DNA of 64,000 nucleotides from Mobula hypostoma (taxonomy: Eukaryota), in NCBI RefSeq assembly GCF_963921235.1, contig NC_086112.1:38688001-38752000 (forward strand), read 5' to 3'. The notes under the pieces are model-generated. The model ran no database searches. It was given only the letters and a program-made list of their open reading frames with translations, and was not told the DNA's origin. The translations under genes were made by a program, and so were the position numbers. Numbering within the stretch: the first letter of the stretch is position 1; the number at the start of each line of letters is the position of its first letter. Positions 51,216 through 64,000 of this stretch are shown piece by piece.

Positions 51216-53039
51216 ATTTGCAGTGTTTATTTTCCATGTGAGACTGACAAGATCTCTTCTTTAAACCACTGCGAGCCTCATTACTCAGCCCAAACATATC
51301 ACATTGGAGCCTTTGCCCAAATGTAGACCACTACTCTGGTAGTAATCCAAACCAGCAGTCCCCAATCCCCACTTGGTTTTCAATTATCACCCCAGCTGCC
51401 AACATTTTCATCACTGCGCCTTTTTCTAAATCCACAGTCCAACATACCTGTCCTCTCCAATGATTTCCACCCCATCTTTTGATCTTGTTTTAAGCATCCT
51501 AATGTTAATTTAGATACAGTTAGAGGTCTTATATTCAAGTATATGGCAATGAAAAATATCCTATAATGTTGAATTACTAGCTTGAGAACAATCAGAGTAA
51601 CTACCACCCTTACCCAACCAGGCCTGGTTGTGGGCCGATAATCAGCAATGGCACAAGAAAGCCCATAATTTAAACCACCACAAAAGAGAAGGAAAAGTTT
51701 GTTCCATGAATGAGGAACTATTTTTTGTAAAGTTCCAAGTTGCTATAATATAAAGCATAAAGCAAACAAATATTTTGTGAGCTGCCAAAACAAATGAATT
51801 CAACTATTTTTGAACTGCAAATGAACGAAGTTCAAAAGTTAGTAGATTTCTCAGACAATCAAAATAAATATAAATGCTTATACTGGACATAAAATATACA
51901 TTCTAGCCAAGATAGTAACTATTTTGGTTAAAAGAAAATAAAGCTTTCAGAAGGGGCTTTCCAACCCCACAAATTTTACCGAGAAAATAAATAGAGCTCA
52001 CGTAACTAGTCTTATGCAAATATTAAAGACAAAAATTTGAAATCCTTGCTTCAAAAATGTTTCATACCGTAATAGTCCTAGTTAATTTGAGGAAGTTTAA
52101 ATCCTCTACCACGATAACTCTATTTCTCTTCATCTGTCATTTTTCTACATATTTGTTCTTCTATCTTACGCTGACTGTTCCCCCCCAACCCCCGATCAGT
52201 GATTACTCACTTTTTGTTCCTTAGTTCATTTGAAGAATCTTTTCCAGGATGTCCTCCCTCATTATTATGATAATGAACACTTAGTTAATACTGCATTGCC
52301 ATTTCTTTTTTTAAATCCTGCTTGTCATACTTAAATGAGCAATATGCTGCAATGTTCCTGCCCTGCCTACAACCATGTCTCAGTGATACGAACAATATGA
52401 TACTCCTTCCCATCTGCCTTTCTAGACAAACCTTGCATTAAAATAATGCAATTTAACCTTTCCACATACTTAATCAAACCTTTGTGTATTGTTTTAATGT
52501 ATCCACTTACAAAAAAAACAAAGAAAAATCCGTATTAATTGCAACATACAAATCATGCAATCATCCCAAAATGAAATAGTTGTTCCGCCTATTATGCCTG
52601 TGTTAACTTTTCCATATCTCACAGCAGAACTTTATCTCCACCTTCACATACTGGTTAAATTTTCTTTTTAAATTTATCAATGAATTGTTTCATTCAACCT
52701 TTAAACTAACATGATCCAAATAAATGAATCCCCCCCGTACACATCTCAATCATTCACATCAGTTTGTTTTTTTTTCCCCACAGCTGCCTTAAGCTTGCAC
52801 CATCTAGTTTATCAACTATTCTGCCATGAGAAACTATTTTGCCTTTCCTACTCTTCAAATTCTCCATGGCTTTTAAACACAAACATTTCCTTGATCTTCA
52901 CTGAGCCTAAAAAAAACAAATCCAGATCGTTACATTTATCCAATTACATCAAGTCTTCCATCTGTGACCATTCTAGAACATTTCCCCTGCACCATCTAGA
53001 AAATGAATAGTGCAGAGCAAAAAATGCAAAGTAAAAGCC

Positions 53040-54385
53040 CTCAATAAATGGTATGGCTTTGACAAGACACCACATGGCAGGATGATATGGAAGGCTAGGC
53101 CACATGGGATTCAGGAGTTAGTGAGGCGGACTCTGAAGTGCTAGATGATAGAAAGCAGAGGATGATGGGGAAAGGTCCAGCTGGAGGCCTGTGACTAGTC
53201 GGGTGCCCCAGAGGTCAGTGCAATCACCTGGTATTCATTATTTATGTAAACAATTTGGATATGAATTACACAATTAGCAAGTTTAGTGATGATACTAAAT
53301 TAGGGGGTTGTGTGATAGTGAAGCAGATTACAATGAATTGTAGAGATCTTGGTCAGTTAGGGAGATTGGTTGTAGACTGGCAAAATGATTTCAATTTAAG
53401 TATAAGCTGAAGCATTCTGAACAGTCAAACCAGGGTGTAACACTTTTACGGTGAATTGTAGGGCACTGATGAGTGCTGTGAAACAGAGTGACCTGGAAGT
53501 ACAAGTGCACAGTTCGCTGAAAGTGGCCATGCAAGTAGACAACATGGTGAAGAAAGTATTTAGCTTGCTGGCCTTCATCAATTAGGAGCACGGACATTAT
53601 GTTGTAAGGCCAGTCAGAGGGTAGTAGTATCAGCACCAGACTTCGAGGCGAAAGGTCCCAGTTTTGAATTCGGCCAACTCCTTGCACGTTTTCTATCTGT
53701 GCTGGGTTGAGTGTCAAGCTAACATAAAGAAAACAGACAAATGCTGAGGAAATGGCAAAAAAAATGCCACCTGATGTCCCACAAGGCACGAAAAGAAGGA
53801 ACAACAACAACAACATTATGTTGCAGTTATATGTGTCATTGGTGAGGCTATACTTGGAGTATTGTGTACAGTTTTGGTCACTCTGTTATAGGAAAGGCAC
53901 TGTCAAGCCGGAGAAGGTGCAGAGGAGATCTACGAGAATGCTCCTTGGACTAGAGGGCCTGAGTAATAGGGAGAGGTTGGCACACTGGACCTTAATACAC
54001 GGAAGCTCAGGAGATTGGGGTGGGGGGGGTGACCCCATAGGAGTTTATGAAATCATAAGGGTTATGTTGATAGTGGATGGTCATGGTCTTTACTTCAGGG
54101 TGGGGAGTTCAAAATTTGAGGGCACAGATACAAGAGGGGGGAGACCTAAGAGATAACTTCTTCGCAAAGGGTAATGAGTATCTGGAATGATCTACCAGGT
54201 GACGTGGTCGAGATGGGTACAATTTCAATATTTAAGGGGCATTTGGAAAGATATATGAATGGGATGGGCTTAAAGGGTTATGAGCCAAAGGTGGGCAACG
54301 GTGACTAGCAGAGAGAAACCTGTGGTTGGAATGGACCATTTGGGCCTATGGCCTGTTTCTGTGCTCTGTTATTCTATGACTGTAC
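53040..54385 (+). mobile_element. CR1 LINE 3' part, degraded
   Basis: LYVSLVRLYLEYCVQFW; tail ggcctgtttctgtgctctg...ctatgact. Confidence 0.85.
53605..53812 (+). mobile_element. Short tRNA-like SINE with (CAA)n tail
   Basis: 11-bp TSD acattatgttg (53594-53604 / 53813-53823); degenerate A/B boxes; aacaacaacaac tail. Confidence 0.75.
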
Positions 54386-54389
54386 AGTC

Positions 54390-54725
54390 AGGGCAGCGTG
54401 GCAGTGTGGCAGCGTAGTGGTTAGTGCAATCACTTTACAGCAGCAACGATCACTGATCAGGGTTCGACCCCCACCACTCCGTAAGGAACCTGTATAATCT
54501 CCCTGTGACCACATAAGTTTCCTCTGGGTGCTTTGGTTCCCTCCCACATTCCAGACGTATTGTTAGGGTTAGTGAGAGTGCGTGCACGTGCACGATGTTG
54601 ACACAGGAAACATGGTGACACTTGCGGGCTGCCCCAGCACAATCCTCAGCTGCTGGTCATTGACACAAAACAATGCATTTCACTGTATTCTTTGATGTAC
54701 ATGTCACAAGTAAAGCTGATCTTTA
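54390..54725 (+). mobile_element. tRNA-derived V-SINE-like element with Rex-like tail
   Basis: gcgtagtggttag (A box), ggttcgaccc (B box), V-domain tttcctctgggtgctttggttccctcccaca, tail tttcactgt...gtacatgtcacaagtaaa. Confidence 0.8.
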
Positions 54726-55242
54726 TTAACGTCCCTTCTGAAATGTGGCACTCATAACTGGCCACAATAAAATCTCTGCAACCTAGTCAGTGACTGGGAA
54801 AATAAGTCCTTTTTTAGAAACAGTAGTAAGATTTGGAACATAATAACCAAAAGTGGAGTATTCGTATCAATACTAAGCTTAAAAAGGGAATTGCCTAAAT
54901 ACTGGGAGTGCACCAACAGAAGAATGGTATGAACAGAATTTCTCATTTAAAAACCTGGCACGTAGCTTTTGGGCCAGTTGCTCCTTTATTTTGAAATGGA
55001 ATCATTGATACCAAAGTCTATAGTACACCTTAAATGCAAACGTTGGGTTTATTTTAGTTAAAATCTTGAATAATATTGGAGCAGAGCTATGAAAAGTTGG
55101 TTCCAAACACGTACAATAAACCTCACCAATACATTTCAAAGAAACAAAAACATTACATAGCAAGGAGGGAGCAACTTTTTAAACACTGAACATTCTATGA
55201 AGATTAAGGGCTTAGCCCTATACCTCACAAAATGAATTCTCA

Positions 55243-55294
55243 TTCATCACTAATTGAACAATCCTTCATCACTAATTAAACAATCCTTCATCAC
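55243..55294. repeat. 22-bp tandem repeat, ~2.4 copies
   Basis: ttcatcactaattRaacaatcc repeated. Confidence 0.9.
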
Positions 55295-57889
55295 CACAGA
55301 TTTCACATCTTAGTTCACCTCCTTCCTCTAAATCTCCACACTATGGGCAATTCATGTTGCTCTCTTCTCCACAAAAAGCACGGCAGTACACTTCAACTGT
55401 CGGTCTCATGGCCCAGCACAAAAAGCTCTGCATCTCAAAAGCTCAAGGTAAGTTTATTATCAAAGTACATATATGTCACCATATACTACTGAGATTCATT
55501 TTCTTTAGAATTGATCACAAAGGTGGACAATCAACCAATGTTCAAAAAGGGAGGTGGGGGGGGGGGGGAAGAGGAACAAAATAAATATATAAATATTGGG
55601 AACAGGAGATGCTTGAGTGCAATGCTGTCCATTCTGTCAATACCCACAGTTTTATTTCTGTTAAAATGATAAAAGTTATATTCAATCCATATATGTACTG
55701 TAGGTTGCAAATCACAAACCATGTCCACTGGAAGAACTTGAGCCCTGGTGCTAGGCAAATAACCTCTTCCTTAATGTCAACAAAACAAAGTTGCTAATAA
55801 AGGAGATGGCTATCAACTTCAGGAAAACTCATACTACTTACTCTTATATAAAGAGTAACTCACACTCTTATATAAATGAAGGATGCTGGAAAAGGGCCAG
55901 TAACATCATGAAGTACCCCAACCCACCCTGCTGATGGACTGTTTGTTTCACTCCCATCAGTGACGAGGCTACTTAGCATGCATGCAAGGATCACCAGATT
56001 CAAAGGTGATTACCTTCTGCAAGAAGTAAGGCTTATTAACACCTCACCCCTCCACACCCCTAACCATCATTACTTTATCATCTTCTCTCAGTCACCTTAG
56101 GTACAGACATTCCTGTGCCTAGCACCACTTTATTGACTAAAAAATCAATCATGTACTTGAGAACACAACAACAGACAACCCTTCAGGAGAACATCTCACT
56201 CAACTTGAGTGATTACACTGCTACTCTGTGATTTCACGGATAAAGTTTGCTCAGCACCCCTATCCCAATCACTAGCCAAGTAATATTGCACAGGGCTTTG
56301 AAGAAATTAATCTCTCCTCTAAGAAGAACGGTTTTAGATCTGATATAGTCTGAACTAATAAAGCACCAATATGGAACTATTTTTTTTTAGAAAAACTACT
56401 GCATAAGGGATTTAAAAAAAGATGTATATTATTAAGGACCAAAACAAATACAATGAAGCTGAAGTAGGAGAGAAAGGTTTGAAGTTGGTGTCCAAAAGAT
56501 ATAAGAGCAGAATTAGGCCACTTGGCCCATCAAGTCTGTTCTGCCATTCCATCAAGGTTGATTTATTATCCTGCCTTCTCCCCATAACCTTTGATGCCCT
56601 GACAAATCAAGAACCCATCACCCTCTGTTTTAAATAGGCTCAATGACTTGGTCTCCATGACAGCTGTCCATGGCAGTGAATTCCACAGATTAACCACCCT
56701 CTAATGAAATTCCTTCCCATCTTTGTTTTAAATGGATGTCTCTCTATTCTGAGGCTGTGCCCTCTGGTCCGAGACTCACCCACTATAGGAAACATCCTTT
56801 CCACATCCAGCCCGATCCTTTCAATATTCCATAGGTTTCGTTGAGATTCCCCCCACCCCATTCTTATAATCTCCAGCAAGTACAGGTCCAGAACTATTAA
56901 ACGTTCCTCAAGCATTAACACTTTCATTCCCAGAATCATTCTCACGAACCTCCTCTGGACTATCTCCAATGCCAGCATATCTTTTCCCAGATAAAGGGTC
57001 CAAAACTGCTCACAATATTCCAAGTGTGGTCTGACCAATGCCTGATAAAGCCTCAGCATCAAATCCTTGCTCTTATTTTAGTCCTCTCGAAATGAATGGT
57101 ACATTGCATTTGCCTTCCTTACCACCAACACAAATTAACCTTTAGGGAATCCTGCACAAGGACTCCCAAGTACGCTTCACCTCTGATTTCTGAATTTTCT
57201 CCCCTTTTAGAAAATAGACTGCACCTTTATTCCTGCTACCAAAGTGCATGACCATTCACTTCCCTACATTGTATTCCATCTGCTATTTCTATGCCCATTC
57301 TCCTGATCTGTCCAAGTCTTTCTGCAGACTCTCTGCTTCCATAACACTACCTGCCCTCCACCTATCTTTGCATCATCTGCAAACTTTGCCACAAAGTCAT
57401 TAATTCTGTCATCCAAATCAATGACATGTAATGTGAAAAGAAAATGGTCCCAATACCAACCCCTGTGTTACACTTGTCACCAGCAACCCACCAGAATAGG
57501 CCTCCTTTATTCCCATTCTTTGCCTCCTGCCAATCAGCCAATCTTCTATCCATGCTAGTATCTTTCCTGCAATGCCATAGGCTCTTATATTGTTAAGCAG
57601 TCTTATGTGCAGCACCTTGTCAAAGACCTTCTGAAGATCCAAGTAAACAACATACACAGACTCTCCTTTGTCTATTCTGCCTGTTATTTCCTCAAAGAAT
57701 TTCAACAGATTAGTCAGGTAAGATTTCCCCTCAAGGAAACCATGCAGACTTTGGCCTAATCATATGCCTCCAAGCACCCAAAACCTCATTCTTAATAATT
57801 GAGTCCAACATTTTCCCAACCACTGACGTCAGGCTAACTGGCCTATAATTTTCCTTCCTCAGCCTCCCTCCCTTCTTAAAGAGTGGAGA

Positions 57890-58436
57890 ATTGAGACTGT
57901 CCATTGGTCAGGGTCAACCAGGGATGTCTCAATTGTCTACGTGATACATAAGCCAGGCAGTATGATATGGAGGGCAAGCTGTTTCCCATGTGGCAGGCTC
58001 CACCTCTCCACACAGGTTCCAAAGGAACGGCAGAGACCAACAGTTTGGCACCAGTGACGTTGCAGGACTTGCCAGTGTTGAACACAACATGTTTTAAGGA
58101 CTCTAGTTCCAAATCCTTGGGGCTTAGTCCAGAAGCCTTCCCCGTCAGTGGGCATAGCGCAAGGCAGCAGAGGTTTGAGAGCAGTTTTCCTTCTCCTAGA
58201 TGAGCTGATGAGCCTCTTCTGCCCGAAGCAACTGGTTTTAAGGCACCAGTAACCCACCTTCAACCATTCTTCTGTCAGTAGAAACTGTTCCGCCAAGCTT
58301 AGAAGCTGAGCCACTGGTAAATGCCAGGAGCTGGCTGGAATTAGTTGTCAGAGACTATCCGAGTTGCTTGCCACTGGGAGCATTTAATAGGTAGTGGCAG
58401 CTTATCCCAATCTATAATAACCTTTAGGAAATCCAG
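57890..58436. mobile_element. Insertion in CR1, possibly an RTE-derived non-autonomous element
   Basis: Interrupts the CR1 at aagagtggag...gacatttgc; contains ttttccttctcctagatg, which I recall from RTE 5' UTRs (not verified). Confidence 0.45.
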
Positions 58437-59170
58437 AGAGACATTTGCAATTTTTCCATCTTCTGGAACCAATCCAGAATCTGGTGATTATTGAAGGATC
58501 ACTACAAATGTCTCCTCAATCTCTTCAGCTACCTCTTTCAGAACCCAAGGGTGCAGTCCATCTGGTCCAGGTGACTTATCTACCTTCAGACCTTTCAGCT
58601 TCCCAAGCACCATCTCCTTAGTTATAGCAACTACACTCACTTCTGCGCCCTGATACTCTTGAATTTTCTTGCATAATGCTAGTTTCTTCCACAGTGTAGA
58701 CAGAGGCAAAATACTTAAGTTCATCCACCATTACTACCTCCTAAGCATCATTTCCCAGCTGTCCAACATCCATTCTTACCTCTTTTACTCTTTATATAGC
58801 TGAAAAAAACTGATATTTTTGACTAGCTTACCTTCATATTTCATCTTTTATCTCCTTGAGTTCCTTTTTGTTGCCTTCTGTTGGTTTTTAAAAGCTTCCC
58901 AATGCTCTCACTTGCCACTAATTTTTGCTATATTATATACCCTCTCTTTTGCTTTTATGCTGACTTTGACTTCCCTTGTCAGCCACGGTTGTGTCATCTT
59001 GCCTTTAAAATACATCCCAAAGATGAAGAAGTATCTGTCCATACCTCTGAAATGCCCCCAGAAACTGCAGCTATTGTTGTTCTGTCATCATCCCTACTAG
59101 TGTCCCCTTCCATTCAACTTTGGCCAGCTCCTCTCTCATGCCTGTGCATTAGCCTTTACTCCACCATAAT

Positions 59171-59777
59171 TAGATTAGATTAGATTCAACTTGATTGTCA
59201 TTGTACCGAGTACAGATACAAAGCCAAAGAAATGCAATTAGCATCTGACCAGAAGAGCAAAAGAATAGTATTATTTACAAATTAACTGCGAATAAAAAGT
59301 AAGTGCTACAGCATACAAATATAAAAGTACTGTGACAGTCCAATACGGGTGCAATACTGCTTAGCGCTATGATGTGAGGTTCAGCAGGGTCACAGCCCCA
59401 GGAAAGAAGCTCTCCCTGAGCTGCTGGTGCAGGAGCGGAGGCTCCTGTAGCGCCTACTGGATGGGAGGAGAGTAAAAAGTCCATGATTAGGGTGAGATGC
59501 ATCCTTGATCATGCTTTTCGCCCTGCCCAGGCAGCGTTTATGGTAGACGTTCTCAACGGTGGGCAATTGGGTGCCGATAATCCGCTGGGCAGTTTTCACT
59601 ACCTGCTGGAGTGCTTTGCAGTCCAATACAGAACAATTGCCATACCACACTGAAATGCAGTTGGTGAGTATGCTCTCAATGGTACAGCGGTAAAAGTCCG
59701 TCAGTATCCTGGGACAGAGGTGAGCTTTCTTGATGCTCCGCAGGAAATAAAGGCGCTGTTGCGTCTTTTTGATCAGG
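59171..59777 (-). mobile_element. Rex1/Babar 3' end nested in CR1
   Basis: Very similar to 2271-2870; (AATCT)n tail; possible 5-bp TSD ataat. Confidence 0.88.
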
Positions 59778-61359
59778 ATAATACTGATACATTTGACTTT
59801 ACCATTTCCCTTTCAAACTGCGGGGCAAATGCTATCATATTATGATCACTGCCTCCCAAGGGTTCTTTTACTTTTAAGGTCCCTAATCAAATCTGGTTCA
59901 TTACACAACACCCAATCCGGAATTGCCATTCCCCTAATAGGTTCAACCATAAGCTGTTCAAAAAAGCCATCTAATAGGCACTCCACAAGTTTCCCCTCTG
60001 GTAAACCAACACAAACCTGATTTTTCTCCACTCTGCGTAGGTATAGAAATCCCCCATGACTATCACAACATTGCCTTTATTACAAGCTTTTTCTATTTCC
60101 CTCATCCTTGCTACTGTTCTGGGGCCAGTATATAACTCCTAGAAGGGTCTTTTTACCCTTGCAGAGTCAAAGAACTTCATTTTAGTTCATTACGTTTTTA
60201 TGCAGATATAACAGTATTTTTCAGCTTGGTTCAAGTCACTTAGCATTGTAGATATTACAAAATGAGGAAGAAATATATTAATTGGGGAACATGATACAGG
60301 ACCTTTCCTGGACTGGTGTCTGCATCATATTAGTTAAAACATTAGAATTGGCATTGTGGATAACAGACAAGAATGCGTGCATTGTTTATTTCACTCAAGG
60401 GAAGAACTAAAGTACTCCAATTACCACTTTCAGTGTGTTATCTGCCAAGGAATGTAATTAAAATGCCAACTTCTATTCCTTAATAAGGTAAAATTGCCAT
60501 ATGTGCTAAAGCTGTACAATGTTCACTAGACAGTTTCTGAAGATCATATACACAAAACTCAAACTGTCAAAGTTGTGCAAAAATCAGCAACAAGACTATT
60601 CTTCAATGAAAAATGAGCTATGAGAGGTTACATACAGCTACACTGAAATTTTCATTACAATGAAACAGTATCAAGCAATATTTAAGCTATTGAACAGGAT
60701 AAAAATGAAGTATACATGTCATACTGGACCTTCTACATGGAGATCCAAATATACTTAGATCTTCTAGATGAAGACCACATAGATTGGAAACAGCCATCAG
60801 AACAAATGAGTTATTTACCTCTAATGCAGAGCAACATCATCAGTTGAGTGCAACAACCAGGAATAGTCACTGCATCCAGGTCAGGACAATTTGAAAAGCT
60901 GCAAGAGGCTAAATCAAGTGGTTATCTACACTCACAATCTCCAACGAAAGCTGGAGTTATCATGTCAGAACAAAGATGTTATTAAGACAAAGATGGCTAT
61001 TTGATACCCAGCTGTATTGCTCTGTTTACAATGATGCAACATAATAAAGTTACACTCAAATTTTGTTCTTGCTTTATGAAATGCAAATGGTTCAATACAG
61101 AGCATCAGATTGTATATTATTAATAAATACCACTCTCTGCAAATCCTGATACAGTCATGAAATTCCAATTCAAATCAAAATTTCAGCTTAACCTTTATGT
61201 TTACTTGCAAAAATGAGCAGCCTCTTTGCAATAGTGTGAGAGGCAGAGGGAATGTCTACATTACAGTAGTCTTCCATCTTGCACAAAAGAATAAGGAAAA
61301 ACAAACAAAAAAATCAGAAACATATTCTCTTTGTCAAACCTAACACTTATTTAAGCAGC

Positions 61360-62815
61360 CAAAAGTCATGGTACATATTGGTACCAATGACATCGCTAGA
61401 AAAAGAGATGAAGTCTTAAAGAGAGAATATAGGGAGCAGGGTAGGAAGCTGAAAAGCAGGACCTCAATGGTGGTAGCCTCTGGATTGCTGCTTGTGCCAT
61501 GTGGTGGTGAGAGATTTGGCAGATGAGTGTGTGGCTGAAGACATGATGCAGAAGGCAGGGTTTCAGATTTGTGGGTTGTGGATTATTACAATGTCTTCTG
61601 GGGAAGTGCTAGAGCAGTTGCGGAGGGTTTAAACTATTTTGGCAAGGGCATGGAAACCAGAGTGATAGGTCAGAGGATGGGATGGGACGTTGGTATAAAG
61701 TCAGATGCAGCTCATGAGGAAGGATAGGCAATGGAAACAGCATGGGTTTAAATGTGTCTACTTTAATGCAACAATTATCAGAAACAACGGCGAAGAACTT
61801 AGAGCATGGATCAGTATATAGAACTATTACATTTTTGCCATTACAGAGACTTGGCTATCACAAGGCGAGAAATAGCTGCTGGATGTTCTGAGTTTTAAAT
61901 GTTTCAAAACGGATAGGGTGGAAGGTAAAAGAGGTAGGGGATTAGCAGTGCAAATCTGCTACTAGACAATTATCCTAGGCAGCTGACAGATCGCTTGGGT
62001 GATTATTTCAGAGACAGTGACCACGACTCTCTGACCTTCACCGTAACGTTGGACAGAGGCAACAGCAGACAATATGAGAAAGCATTTAATTCAGCAAAGA
62101 CAAATTATGATACTATTAGGCAGCAACTTGGGAGCATAGATTGGGAACAGATGTACACAGGGAAATGCAAAATGTGGAGATTGTCTAGGGAGCACTTGCA
62201 CTTGACTAGGGTCTGGATAGGGTTTGTCCCATTGAGGCGGGGACAGAACGGTAGGGTGAAGGAATGACAGCTGACAAGAGATATGGAAAATCTAGTTAAG
62301 AGGAAGAAAGAAACATAGGAAGCAAGGATCATACAGGGCTCTAGGGAGTTGCAAGGTAGCCAGGAAAGAGATTTAAGAATTGACTTGGGACAGCTAGAAG
62401 GGGATATGTGGCCTTGTCAAGCAGGATTAAGGAAACCCCAAGGCAGTCTATACATATATATCAGGAGGATGACTAGAGTGAGGACAGTACCGATCAGGGA
62501 TAAAAGAGAAACCTGGAGTCGGAGGTGGCAGGGGAGGCGCTTAATGAATATTTTGATTTTGTATTCACCAGTGAGAGGGATCTTGATGAATGTGAGGTCA
62601 GCATAGTTCAGGATGATATGCTGGAACATATCGAAGTTAAGAAAGAGGACGTGCTGGAACTTTTGAAAAACATTAGGATAGAAAAGTCCCTGGGCCAGGT
62701 TGGGATATACCCCAGGTTACTACAAGAAGCAAGGGAATAGATGTTGCACCTTTGACAAAGATCTTGTGTCCTCAATAACCACAGAAGTAGTGCCAGAGGA
62801 TTGGAGAGCGGCCAA
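61360..62815 (+). mobile_element. CR1 LINE 5'/middle part: ORF1 esterase remnant and ORF2 APE start
   Basis: VHIGTNDI (SGNH block III) at ~61371; LKCVYFNA...AITETWL; SDHD; many stops. Confidence 0.8.
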
Positions 62816-64000
62816 GAGTTACAAAATACACATGGACTAAGATGTTAACTGTCCTGTGCTATCATCAGTGGGATCATCAGTTGATCTGCCACCTGTCTTC
62901 AGGAGTTTCGGCCCGCTTATGATCAAGACTCCTTCGAGGTGGTGGGCCAGCAGTGCTAAAGCACCACCTCCCACTGGTGAGCTTAAAAACTTGGCATCTG
63001 CCTCTAACAGAGTTGTTGGTCACTTCCATCCAACAGATAGTCTACTCTTCAGGTGTCTATGCAACTACTGAAGGGTTTGCAAGATATGTATACACTGTCT
63101 GACTATCTGCCCCTCTGGACATACTTGGTCCACACCCATGCTGATCCTTCCTCTGCTGCCTCAGCTACAGCCCTGCTGGTTGACTTGATCTCTCTTCTAG
63201 TGAAGCCAAGGTCACGCAGCCACTTCTGGAGAGTGAACGCAATAAACCCATGGCAGCTTACTTCGAATGGATAGCATGAGACCTTCCACCCTCTGTCTCT
63301 GCACTCTGATCTCAACTCTGCATACTTGGTTAACTTGAGCTCATGGGCTTCATCGACGTTGTCTTCCCAGGGGACTGTGAGTTCACCAATAACCGCTTCT
63401 CTACTGGTGTCAGACCATACGATTATATCTGGACGCAATGTTGTAAAAGCTATTTGCTCCGGGAAACTGCCTTTCCCGTCCAAGTCAGCCTTGACACACC
63501 AATCATTGGCTGAAGAAAGTATGCTTGATCGTGAGCCTATGCTGCACACCCTTGACTTGGAGCCTTCTTTCACAAATGATATGCGATGTTCTGTGCAGCA
63601 TGGGGCACGAGATAAGTTGTGCTGCAGTACTTTCTGCTCAGCCGCTTCTGTTACAACTTTGAGAACGTTGTTATGTCTCCACGTGTACATGCCGCTGGAA
63701 AGATTGACTCTGCATGCACTCAAGATATGTTGAAGCGTTCCCTTCTCGCCACAAGCAGCACATCTGTCTGTCTTATCGTCATACCAGGTGCTGAGGTTGG
63801 CAGGTGTTGGGAGCAGATCGTACGCTGCTCTGCATAAAAAAGAAATGCGGAGCGGTTCCATCTGCCACAGAATATTCCAAGATAGGTGTCGTTGTTCAAC
63901 ACTTTCCCACCAGGTCCAAGCCTCTTGTTTGGCCAGGCCAGCTGCTTTAGTTAACCTCTTCTCCTCTTCTACCTCTCGTATTTCTTGTGTTACAAGCTCA
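62815..64000 (-). mobile_element. RLE-type (Hero-like) non-LTR retrotransposon 3' end, running off the window
   Basis: CAAC...LQHILSAC (CCHC), WRHNNVL, LRPDIIVW...ELTVPWE...KLTKY; the frame stays open from 63103 to the window edge. Confidence 0.9.

Larger units (their letters stand above)
56495..60160 (-). mobile_element. CR1 LINE (endonuclease-RT-tail), with two nested insertions
   Basis: LYQALVRPHLEYC, VVYLDLQKVFDKV, DKSPGPDGLHP, EPIRG.AI.DWVLCN. Confidence 0.88.

Overview
Vertebrate, repeat-rich intronic DNA. The repeat repertoire (CR1/HER1-type LINEs, V-SINE-like SINEs, Rex1/Babar, Penelope, Tc1) suggests a cartilaginous fish, probably a ray; this is inferred, not certain. The only host coding sequence I can support is one 185-bp minus-strand exon (19782-19966) matching exon 2 of a Gq-family G-protein alpha subunit, best match GNA14. 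The rest of the window is therefore probably intron 1 (>19966) and intron 2 (<19782). Most other ORFs in the track are transposon fragments or their shadows. A young Penelope-like retroelement family dominates the interesting signal. It has two long copies in inverted orientation that bracket the exon, at least five TSD-flanked micro-insertions that all stop at about the same pseudo-LTR position (one next to a 92-bp fold-back duplication of target DNA), and five intact minimal hammerhead ribozyme cores. Four of those cores are in the sense of the host pre-mRNA, and two lie in tandem 557 bp apart with an antisense copy between them. Other elements include a hAT-like element with a 6-bp TSD, a Harbinger derivative, two IR/DR Tc1 elements, a multi-TIR mariner MITE, two Hero/RLE-type retrotransposons and a non-coding retroposon headed by a YY1 motif. 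I see no convincing new protein-coding system. The candidate novelty is at the level of RNA structure and insertion mechanism, and needs testing. Boundaries of old repeats are approximate.
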